A DNA stretch of 64,000 bases. It comes from Escherichia phage UP19. The notes beneath the pieces were generated by a model. That model was not told the origin of the DNA. It was given only the letters and a program-made list of their open reading frames with translations, and did no database searches. The stretch is from sequence record OX638288, one strand, 5' to 3'. Below are positions 57,344 to 64,000 of this stretch, one piece after another (positions within the stretch are counted from its first letter, which is position 1; each line of letters starts with the position of its first letter). Made by a program: the position numbers and the translations under genes.

Positions 57344-58767
57344 AAACTATTTTGGCTCAACTGCTAGGCAATAGTGATTATTTCACTAAGGTCTGGCCTT
57401 ATATGAATGATTCTTATTTTGACCAGGGTCCGGCAAAGACCCTTTTCAAAGAAATCAAAAAACATGTCAATGAATATAATGCGGTGCCTTCTAAAAATGC
57501 TTTGAGTATTGCATTAGATAACAGCACCCTTTCAGAAGTTGAACATCAAGGAGCTAAAGAGCTTTTAAATTCTCTGAATGCAGGCCCTGAAGACCAAGAA
57601 TGGTTGGTTAAAGAGACAGAGAAATATGTTCAGAAGGCAGCGATGTATAATGCCACTTCAAAAATTATTGAAATTCAAACTAATGCAGACCTTCCGGTTG
57701 AGCAACAAAATAGAAAACTCCCAGGTATTGGTGCTATTCCAGATATCATGCGTGATGCATTATCGATTTGTTTCGATTCTGAATTAGGCCATGACTGGAT
57801 GGATGACTATGAAGAACGTTTTAAAAGTTATTCTGATAAAGCCCGTAAGGTTCCATTCCGACTTAATATTCTGAATAAGATTACTAAGGGTGGAGCAGAG
57901 TTTGGTACTGAAAACGTATTGTTGGCAGGGACAAACGTAGGTAAGTCTCTTGGACTATGTTCATTGGCTGCTGATTACCTTCAATCCGGTTATGATGTTC
58001 TTTATATCTCCATGGAGATGGCAGAGGAAGTATGTGCTAAGCGTATCGATGCTAACCTTCTGGATGTATCACTGGATGATATCGATGATGGTCACGTCTC
58101 ATGGCCTGAATATAAAGCTAAGATGGATAAATGGCGTTCAACTGCTACTTTAGGTCGTTTAAAGATTAAACAGTATCCTACTGGTGGCGCGAATGCCGAT
58201 ACATTCCGTGCATTGTTAAACGAATACAAGCTCAAACAAAACTTTGTCCCACAGGTCGTTATCGTCGACTACTTGGCTATCTGTGCTTCATCCCGTACGA
58301 AAGTTTTCTCTGAAAACAGTTATGGATTGATTAAGATGGTTGCCGAAGAACTACGTGGACTTGCAGTAGAGAAGAAATTATTGTTGTGGACTGCAGCCCA
58401 GACTACTCGTGGTGCGAACGTTGCCGCCGAAATCGATATGGCTGATATCGCTGAATCCTTTGGTATTGCACATACTGCAGACTTCATGTTAGGTGTGGTC
58501 GAGACAGAAGAGTTTGCTCAGATGGGTATGCAGATGGTTAAGCAGCTTAAATCTCGTTATGGTGATAAGAGCTACTACAACAAATTTAAGATTGGTGTTA
58601 AGAAAGGAAACCAGCGTTGGTATGAAGTTGAAGACGATTCTAACCCAGGTCCAGTGAACACTGTTCGTGAGGCTACAGGTGAAATGAACCGCCAAGCAGA
58701 GGTCAATCGCCAGTCGCGTGTTAATAGAAGTGATTTAGACGATTTAGCAGCATCTATCAAATTTTAA
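57328..58767 (+). CDS. 41: replicative DNA helicase gp41 (DnaB-like)
   Basis: GTG start; Walker A GTNVGKSLG; ...VLYISMEMAEEVCAKRIDANLLDVSLDDIDDGH... like T4 gp41. Confidence 0.95.
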   Translation: MVEVVETILAQLLGNSDYFTKVWPYMNDSYFDQGPAKTLFKEIKKHVNEYNAVPSKNALSIALDNSTLSEVEHQGAKELLNSLNAGPEDQEWLVKETEKYVQKAAMYNATSKIIEIQTNADLPVEQQNRKLPGIGAIPDIMRDALSICFDSELGHDWMDDYEERFKSYSDKARKVPFRLNILNKITKGGAEFGTENVLLAGTNVGKSLGLCSLAADYLQSGYDVLYISMEMAEEVCAKRIDANLLDVSLDDIDDGHVSWPEYKAKMDKWRSTATLGRLKIKQYPTGGANADTFRALLNEYKLKQNFVPQVVIVDYLAICASSRTKVFSENSYGLIKMVAEELRGLAVEKKLLLWTAAQTTRGANVAAEIDMADIAESFGIAHTADFMLGVVETEEFAQMGMQMVKQLKSRYGDKSYYNKFKIGVKKGNQRWYEVEDDSNPGPVNTVREATGEMNRQAEVNRQSRVNRSDLDDLAASIKF

Positions 58768-58787
58768 GGAGCTTCGGCTCCTTTTTT
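58768..58787 (+). terminator. rho-independent terminator (UUCG tetraloop)
   Basis: ggagc-ttcg-gctcc followed by T6. Confidence 0.7.
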
Positions 58788-58796
58788 GTTTTAAGG

Positions 58797-58838
58797 GTTT
58801 ACATCTCCTATAGGCATGATACTATAGACCTATCAACT
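58797..58838 (+). promoter_or_regulatory. early promoter / stem-loop cassette (PeSL-like)
   Basis: gtttacatctcctataggcatgatactatagacctatcaa. Confidence 0.6.
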
Positions 58839-58849
58839 TGGAGAACAAA

Positions 58850-59167
58850 ATGAAAACCATCGACTGTAAAGCAGAATATAAAGTGTATTATCACGGAAGT
58901 TGTAGTGTTGCTAATATTGGTAATATGCTTTGTCCTCCTGAGGAAACAGGAGTTCTGTCTGAAACTGGTCGTAAGAAAAACCTAAATCGTGTGTTCTTTA
59001 CTGAAGATATCGGTTTGGCTAAGATTTATGCTGGACGAGCTGCTCGTTCAGTGGGAGGAGAACCTCGTCTTTATCGTGTAATTGCTCCGGTAGATGTGGT
59101 TTGTTTAAATGATACTAAAGGCGCCACGGTTTATCATGCTGAATGGGCCTTCTGTGAGGAAATCTAA
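58850..59167 (+). CDS. hypothetical protein
   Basis: ATG 58850 after SD ggaga; 105 aa. Confidence 0.5.
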   Translation: MKTIDCKAEYKVYYHGSCSVANIGNMLCPPEETGVLSETGRKKNLNRVFFTEDIGLAKIYAGRAARSVGGEPRLYRVIAPVDVVCLNDTKGATVYHAEWAFCEEI

Positions 59168-59168
59168 A

Positions 59169-59375
59169 ATGCGTAAATTAGAAGAGATCGTAGTGTTTAT
59201 TGGTTGGTTTGAAAATGGTAATATGTTTACCAAAGAAACTGCGCTGGATGTTAGTGACCAAAAAATGATTGAATGGGTTACAGTGCAGTATGCAGAAGTG
59301 AATAATGCACTGGTGAAAGCCTTTGTTAATGACAATAAAGTTTTTGAATATGATGCCCGCATTGAGGAAATCTAA
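59169..59375 (+). CDS. hypothetical protein
   Basis: ATG 59169; 68 aa. Confidence 0.45.
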   Translation: MRKLEEIVVFIGWFENGNMFTKETALDVSDQKMIEWVTVQYAEVNNALVKAFVNDNKVFEYDARIEEI

Positions 59376-59516
59376 ATGGAAGAGGTTGAATGTGTAGTAT
59401 GTGGTTGTTCGGTATGTGAAGACCAGGCGGTATTTGATGCTTGGGACAACGCAACTTGTTTAGACTGCGATAGCGAATACGAAGAAATTGCTCATAAACA
59501 TGAAGACGAGGAATAA
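59376..59516 (+). CDS. Cys-rich small protein (46 aa)
   Basis: CVVCGCSVC...CLDC; ATG overlaps upstream stop. Confidence 0.4.
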   Translation: MEEVECVVCGCSVCEDQAVFDAWDNATCLDCDSEYEEIAHKHEDEE

Positions 59517-59780
59517 ATGAATATTCAAATTATGAAGCCTGTTAAAAGTGGCTTTTGGGACCGGTCTTTCGGTAAGCATAAGATTTATGCAGATCGTATT
59601 AACAGTCGCTGGGAACTTGTCCTTTCTCAGGAAACTAAAGGTGAAATGGATTTTGTAGAGTTCTACGAATTTACTGTTCGTCCTACTAAGCGCCAGATTC
59701 GTCAGTGCAAAAAAGCTTTTCGTGCTTATGTCGGCGGTGAGGTTCTCCGTCGTCAACGTCGTCTGATAATGGAATCATAG
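59517..59780 (+). CDS. hypothetical basic protein, paralog of ORF 60602
   Basis: Shares VRPTKRQIRQ-KKA-R motif with 60602..60823. Confidence 0.5.
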   Translation: MNIQIMKPVKSGFWDRSFGKHKIYADRINSRWELVLSQETKGEMDFVEFYEFTVRPTKRQIRQCKKAFRAYVGGEVLRRQRRLIMES

Positions 59781-59805
59781 TTAGTAACTTTAGATTACGC
59801 TAAAG

Positions 59806-59848
59806 TAAAATAAGTGTTTACAACGGTCTATGGTAATGATACTATGGA
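59806..59848 (+). promoter_or_regulatory. early promoter / stem-loop cassette (PeSL-like)
   Basis: gtttacaacggtctatggtaatgatactatggacctatcaa. Confidence 0.6.
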
Positions 59849-59873
59849 CCTATCAACTAACTAGGAGTTAAAA

Positions 59874-60167
59874 ATGAAAAAGTTATTAATCGCAGCAATC
59901 CTTACAGTAGCATCATGTGGCACGGCTCCGGTAACGGCCGGTTATGACGCAGACCTTTGTGAGTGGTCTATGACTGCCGATCAAGAAGCAGTTGAGCATC
60001 AGATTTATGCCGATATCATGAACATCACTAAACGTGACCGTCCTGATATGGTTAAAGAAGTATCTGACCAATTGGCTTCTAGCGGTGTTATGCAGTATAA
60101 CTATGTTCTGTACTGTGATGCTAATTTCGATAACAAAAATATCGTTAAAGAGGTGACAGGTGAATAA
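59874..60167 (+). CDS. sp: periplasmic lipoprotein, spackle-like by size and position
   Basis: 97 aa; signal peptide with lipobox ASCG; about 1 kb upstream of gene 61, where T4 sp (61.3, 97 aa) lies. Confidence 0.45.
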   Translation: MKKLLIAAILTVASCGTAPVTAGYDADLCEWSMTADQEAVEHQIYADIMNITKRDRPDMVKEVSDQLASSGVMQYNYVLYCDANFDNKNIVKEVTGE

Positions 60168-60600
60168 GATTAACAGAAATTTGGTTATCAAAAAACTTCG
60201 TTGTAAAAATCCAAATGCCCAGGCATACAGAATGTATTGGAGCGACGACCACCAGTACCTGGGCTATTTTCTTGTTGATAGTGATGATAGGATTGTATTT
60301 GCCCATAAACTTCTTAATAGAGAATTAAATCACTGGCAAGAACTTATTGCTGTTAAGTCTAAATTATTTTCGCGCAATACAATACACCAATTGGTTTATT
60401 TTTTCGCTGATGGTTTTCCTGACAAGGTTGAATTTGAAGGATTCGAATTTAAAGATATCCTCCCGGACAACGAATTGAACGACTGCGTTAATATGGATAT
60501 CCCTAGCAAGTATATCAAAAATAGCCTGTTGAAAATTCTGGAAGCCCCAGTTTATTCAATTGACGACCAGATTTTTAATGCCTTTATGAATCGAGGTTGA
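60160..60600 (+). CDS. hypothetical protein
   Basis: 146 aa ORF. Confidence 0.5.
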   Translation: MNKINRNLVIKKLRCKNPNAQAYRMYWSDDHQYLGYFLVDSDDRIVFAHKLLNRELNHWQELIAVKSKLFSRNTIHQLVYFFADGFPDKVEFEGFEFKDILPDNELNDCVNMDIPSKYIKNSLLKILEAPVYSIDDQIFNAFMNRG

Positions 60601-60601
60601 T

Positions 60602-60823
60602 ATGTTTGTTTTAACTCAATTCTCTAAAGCGGTATATGGTTACTCCTGCCAGTGGGAAGTCTTTATTGATTCTCCTTCACCTAAGTATGGTGTTTTTGGA
60701 CGAGTAACTACTCAAGCTTATGTTGTACGGCCAACTAAGCGCCAGCTTCGTAAACTTAAAAAGGCCCATCGTAAACTGATTAAAAGAAGGGAACAATATG
60801 AGTGCAATGTGTACGGGCTCTAA
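60602..60823 (+). CDS. hypothetical basic protein, paralog of ORF 59517
   Basis: VVRPTKRQLRKLKKAHRK motif. Confidence 0.5.
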   Translation: MFVLTQFSKAVYGYSCQWEVFIDSPSPKYGVFGRVTTQAYVVRPTKRQLRKLKKAHRKLIKRREQYECNVYGL

Positions 60824-60989
60824 GATTTCTGTATTCGAGTTGTTCGAAGAATATGAAATCGTATCAAAAGACCAAGAAGCTATCCATGTTATTGCTGATG
60901 ATGGTGTGACCTGGATTATCCCACTTTACCACGAAGATACGTACGAAGTCACTGACGCCAACGGTGACAAAGCTATTTTCGTAATATAA
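60798..60989 (+). CDS. hypothetical protein
   Basis: 63 aa ORF. Confidence 0.45.
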   Translation: MSAMCTGSKISVFELFEEYEIVSKDQEAIHVIADDGVTWIIPLYHEDTYEVTDANGDKAIFVI

Positions 60990-60992
60990 ATA
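60985..60992 (+). promoter_or_regulatory. late promoter TATAAATA
   Basis: Exact TATAAATA 14 nt before ORF 61006. Confidence 0.5.
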
Positions 60993-61005
60993 AGGCCAGG
61001 AGCCT

Positions 61006-61188
61006 ATGAAATCTTTTAAAGAAGTTATGAACGAAGATATGGTCGCAGGCGATGCAGGTGGAAACCCATCTAATATTGCCTCCGGAACTACCTCAGGTGC
61101 AGTTGTCAACAAAGGGCCTGAACAAATCCCATCTAAAAAGCGTAAAGAAAATCCGAAAACGAATGATATAATGGCTCTATTAATTTAG
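61006..61188 (+). CDS. small protein with CTS-like N-terminus (MKSFKEVMNE), candidate packaged peptide
   Basis: 60 aa; N-terminus follows the M-K-S/T-F/Y-K/Q-E-x-h-x-E pattern; late promoter upstream. Confidence 0.5.
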   Translation: MKSFKEVMNEDMVAGDAGGNPSNIASGTTSGAVVNKGPEQIPSKKRKENPKTNDIMALLI

Positions 61189-61204
61189 AGCCCAAGGAAA
61201 AATA

Positions 61205-62233
61205 ATGTCATATGTCGATAGAGAATTTGCTGTACGTGCCTTGAATTACCAACCTAAATTCAGACAAGTAACCGGTAGTGATTTTAAATTAAATTGTCGT
61301 TGTCGTGTGTGTGGTGACTCACAAAAAGATGAGAACAAAGCTCGTTTTTGGGCCTATCCGGCCAATGACGGCTCTGTAATGCTACACTGTTTTAACTGTG
61401 ATTATTCGGCAGGAATTAAGAAGTACCTATACGAATATGAGCCTGATTTATATCGCGAATATATTCTTGAGAAACATAAAGAGCAATCGTTTGGGAGACA
61501 AGCTGCACCTAAGGTGGAGATATCTGAAAAAATTAAAGCTAAGATGCCTGTCATTGAAAAGCTTAATTTCTGTGAACGATTAGATAGAATGCCGAAAGAC
61601 CATCCTATTATTAAGTATGTAACTCTGCGGTGCATTCCTGAAAATAAATGGAATCGGTTATGGTTTACTAAAGAATGGCCTGCATTGGTGAATTCTGTTA
61701 ATCCGGGGACCTATTCCAAAGAAATGCCTGAACCACGTTTGGTTATTCCAATTTTCAATAAGAATAAACAAATTGAAAGTTTTCAGGGCCGAGCCTTGCG
61801 TAAAGATGCTCCACAAAAATATATTACAATAAAAGCTCATGACCAAGCTACAAAAATATATGGAATGGATACAGTTGACGAACGTCAATTGGTGTGGGTA
61901 ATGGAAGGTCCTATTGATTCATTATTCGTACCTAATGCAATAGCAATTACTGGTGGGTCGTTGGACTTGGCTATGGTTCCATGTAAAGAAACTCGTGCTT
62001 GGGTAATGGACAATGAACCCCGTCATCCTGACACAATTAAGCGTATGCAACGATTAGTTGATGCCGGCGAAAGGGTTCTATTCTGGGACAAGGCTCCATG
62101 GCCTTCTAAAGATATAAATGATATGGTTATGAAAGATAAAGCTGATATAAATGATGTATTGGCATATATGAAAGCTAATATAGCCCAAGGGTTAATGGCA
62201 AAAATGAGGCTTTCAAAATATTCTAAAATTTAG
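61205..62233 (+). CDS. 61: DNA primase gp61
   Basis: 342 aa; N-terminal zinc ribbon CRCRVCGDS...CFNCDYS; TOPRIM-like C-terminal part; like T4 gp61. Confidence 0.95.
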   Translation: MSYVDREFAVRALNYQPKFRQVTGSDFKLNCRCRVCGDSQKDENKARFWAYPANDGSVMLHCFNCDYSAGIKKYLYEYEPDLYREYILEKHKEQSFGRQAAPKVEISEKIKAKMPVIEKLNFCERLDRMPKDHPIIKYVTLRCIPENKWNRLWFTKEWPALVNSVNPGTYSKEMPEPRLVIPIFNKNKQIESFQGRALRKDAPQKYITIKAHDQATKIYGMDTVDERQLVWVMEGPIDSLFVPNAIAITGGSLDLAMVPCKETRAWVMDNEPRHPDTIKRMQRLVDAGERVLFWDKAPWPSKDINDMVMKDKADINDVLAYMKANIAQGLMAKMRLSKYSKI

Positions 62234-62430
62234 ACAGGAACTCCGCTAAAGAATCCAATTATGCTTAATACGTGTTCCATTGTAACCGCTGGTAAAATTA
62301 CCCCTTGGCTAGCGGCTACAGGAACTACTAAAAGATTCCAAAGGAATACGTCTAGCGCAAGAAAACCTAACATCATTTTCTTGTCTTTCTTTTCAGCCAA
62401 TTTCCAGATTTGGTAAAAAATACTACCCAT
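62230..62430 (-). CDS. small membrane protein on the opposite strand
   Basis: 66 aa; strong SD aggagg 6 nt upstream of minus-strand ATG; convergent with gene 61. Confidence 0.5.
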   Translation of the reverse strand: MGSIFYQIWKLAEKKDKKMMLGFLALDVFLWNLLVVPVAASQGVILPAVTMEHVLSIIGFFSGVPV

Positions 62431-62524
62431 GTTATCCTCCTGTTAAATTAATATTTATTCGCTTTAATCTAGCAGTTTATAATTATCTAACTTACTAACA
62501 AATGAATTGATAAGGAAAAATATA

Positions 62525-63046
62525 ATGGCTCATTTTAATGAATGTTCTCAACTTATTGCCGGTGCCGATAAAGCTGAAGAAGCTTATTTTAATGCTCTGA
62601 TTCACGAAGATAAAGACCCTCTACAGGTTATGCTTGATATGCAGAAATCTTTGCAGGTTCGTTTAGCTAAAGATAAGCCTGAATATAATCGTCATCCTGA
62701 TGATTTGGCCACTGCGGGTGAAGTTGTCGATTGGCTTCGCAACCAGAAAGATTATATTGATGACGAATTCCGTGAACTTCTGACTTCTCTTGGTGGTATG
62801 AGCAATGGTGAAAAAGATGCATCTGCAGTATGGAAGCCTTGGAAAGCTCAACATGCTGAACGTCGTGAAACCCTGATTAACGATTTGTCTCCTGAAGACC
62901 AGCTCGAAATTAAATTCGAAATGATTGATATTCTGCACTTTGTTCTGAATATGTTCCAGGGTCTTGGACTGACCGCTGAAGAAATCTTTAAACTGTATTA
63001 CCTGAAAAATGCCGAGAACTTTGCTCGTCAAGACCGAGGTTATTAA
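62525..63046 (+). CDS. 56: dCTPase/dUTPase gp56 (MazG-like NTP pyrophosphatase)
   Basis: ATG 62525; MAHFNECSQLIAG...DPLQVMLDMQKSLQVRLA...EIFKLYYLKNAENFARQDRGY; like T4 gp56. Confidence 0.95.
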   Translation: MAHFNECSQLIAGADKAEEAYFNALIHEDKDPLQVMLDMQKSLQVRLAKDKPEYNRHPDDLATAGEVVDWLRNQKDYIDDEFRELLTSLGGMSNGEKDASAVWKPWKAQHAERRETLINDLSPEDQLEIKFEMIDILHFVLNMFQGLGLTAEEIFKLYYLKNAENFARQDRGY

Positions 63047-63048
63047 GT

Positions 63049-63056
63049 TATAAATA
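63049..63056 (+). promoter_or_regulatory. late promoter TATAAATA for soc
   Basis: Exact TATAAATA about 32 nt before soc ATG. Confidence 0.6.
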
Positions 63057-63087
63057 CACCTGTAATTAAACAACAAAGGAGTTAATT

Positions 63088-63321
63088 ATGGGTGGTTTCG
63101 TTAATATCAAAACCTTTACGCATCCAGCTGGTGAAGGTAAAGAAGTTAAAGGTACTGAGGTTTCAGTTCCGTTTGAAATCTATTCAAATGAGCATCGTAT
63201 TGCCAATGCTCATTATCAGACTTTCCCTTCGGCCGTTGCAGCCTATACTACTGTAGTGACTGATGCAGCCGATTGGCGAACTAAGAACGCGGCGATGTTT
63301 ACGCCAACTGATATTGTTTAA
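63088..63321 (+). CDS. soc: small outer capsid protein Soc
   Basis: 77 aa ...FVNIKTF...EVSVPFEIYSNEHRIANAHYQTFPS... like T4 Soc; late promoter upstream. Confidence 0.85.
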   Translation: MGGFVNIKTFTHPAGEGKEVKGTEVSVPFEIYSNEHRIANAHYQTFPSAVAAYTTVVTDAADWRTKNAAMFTPTDIV

Positions 63322-63327
63322 TTATAA

Positions 63328-63348
63328 GGAACCTTCGGGTTCCTTTTT
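63328..63348 (+). terminator. rho-independent terminator (UUCG tetraloop)
   Basis: ggaacc-ttcg-ggttcc followed by T5. Confidence 0.7.
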
Positions 63349-63358
63349 CGTTTTAAGG

Positions 63359-63410
63359 GTTTACTTTATAGGAGGGTTATGATAAGATGGTCTTATCTTA
63401 TAGAGGAGAA
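63359..63410 (+). promoter_or_regulatory. early promoter with palindromic -10 region
   Basis: gtttactttataggagggttatgataagatggtcttatcttatagaggag; gataaga / tcttatc palindrome. Confidence 0.5.
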
Positions 63411-63414
63411 CACT

Positions 63415-63624
63415 ATGTTAAATCGTTGGATTAAACCAAATAAAACTTTGGATGAAATTATCGCTAATCACGTATTGAAAAAGTACTTCTATACTCCTTG
63501 GTATACCGAAGTTATTGTCCATTCATTTATGATGCATGAAGACGGTTCTATCGAATTTAATGCCGAAATCCGTCACGAGACTGATGATATTGATAAGGTC
63601 GAATTTAAACGAGGTTTCCTATGA
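63415..63624 (+). CDS. hypothetical protein
   Basis: ATG 63415 after SD gaggag; 69 aa. Confidence 0.5.
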   Translation: MLNRWIKPNKTLDEIIANHVLKKYFYTPWYTEVIVHSFMMHEDGSIEFNAEIRHETDDIDKVEFKRGFL

Positions 63625-63956
63625 TTCGTTGGCTTAAGAATTTTTTCAAGACCACTCCTGGTGAAGGTGTAGTTCCTATCTCAGGCCCGAAGGAATATGT
63701 TTATGTAGGCGACGGTATGATGGAAGAAGTTATCCGTCAGCCTGAAAAAGCAGGCAATGTTGGGTCTCACGCTTCGAGCTTAAATGCCGACGAATTAAAA
63801 GCCCGTTTAGAAAAATTAAAAGACGAGCGAGCGCAAAGGCAAAATTATATTGATACCACTCCTATTGTAGTAGCGGCTGCCGTTAGTTCTTGGACCGGCG
63901 ATTCGTCTTATTCTGACTCAGGAAGCTGTGACTCATCGTCCGGCTCGTGTGATTAA
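63621..63956 (+). CDS. hypothetical protein with Ser/Cys-rich C-terminal tail
   Basis: 111 aa; ends ...SSYSDSGSCDSSSGSCD. Confidence 0.5.
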   Translation: MIRWLKNFFKTTPGEGVVPISGPKEYVYVGDGMMEEVIRQPEKAGNVGSHASSLNADELKARLEKLKDERAQRQNYIDTTPIVVAAAVSSWTGDSSYSDSGSCDSSSGSCD

Positions 63957-64000
63957 TGAAACCTTTATCATGGCTTAAAGATTGGCTAGACCGTCCCGGT

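Noticed and set aside
59874-60167. Confident naming of the lipoprotein as spackle
   Set aside because: Kept only as a low-confidence call: size, signal peptide and position fit T4 sp, but I cannot verify sequence identity without a search and my recollection of the T4 Sp sequence may be unreliable.

Overview
This 64 kb window is a gene-dense segment of a T4-like (Tevenvirinae-type) myovirus genome, read almost entirely on the + strand. Only gp5/gp53 at the left edge and one small ORF near 62.3 kb are on the - strand. All calls rest on reading the translations and motifs by eye against remembered T4 biology; no search was run. The conserved T4 backbone is present in T4 order: 5, 53 | 4, 2, 3, 1, 57A, 57B (Acb1-like), an internal-protein locus, three tRNAs plus a structured RNA, nudE, e, denV, regB, tk, rI, nrdC, 49, 55, 47, 46, a GIY-YIG homing endonuclease, rpbA, 45, 44, 62, regA, 43, imm, uvsX, 40, 41, 61, 56 and soc. 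Between these lie hyperplastic blocks of small novel ORFs punctuated by about 19 copies of a conserved early promoter/stem-loop cassette, UUCG-type terminators and TATAAATA late promoters. The three most interesting candidates are: (1) a cluster between imm and uvsX encoding a fused sugar-1-P nucleotidyltransferase/anomeric kinase, a HAD phosphatase, a P-loop kinase, a gp42-like hydroxymethylase and a candidate transferase, which suggests DNA hypermodification with a phage-activated sugar other than glucose; (2) seven ORFs carrying a T4-type capsid-targeting N-terminus (MKTYQEFIxE), i.e. an expanded set of packaged/injected proteins; (3) a tandem array of five small paralogs with a conserved C-terminal W-x-SSS-x-C tail.
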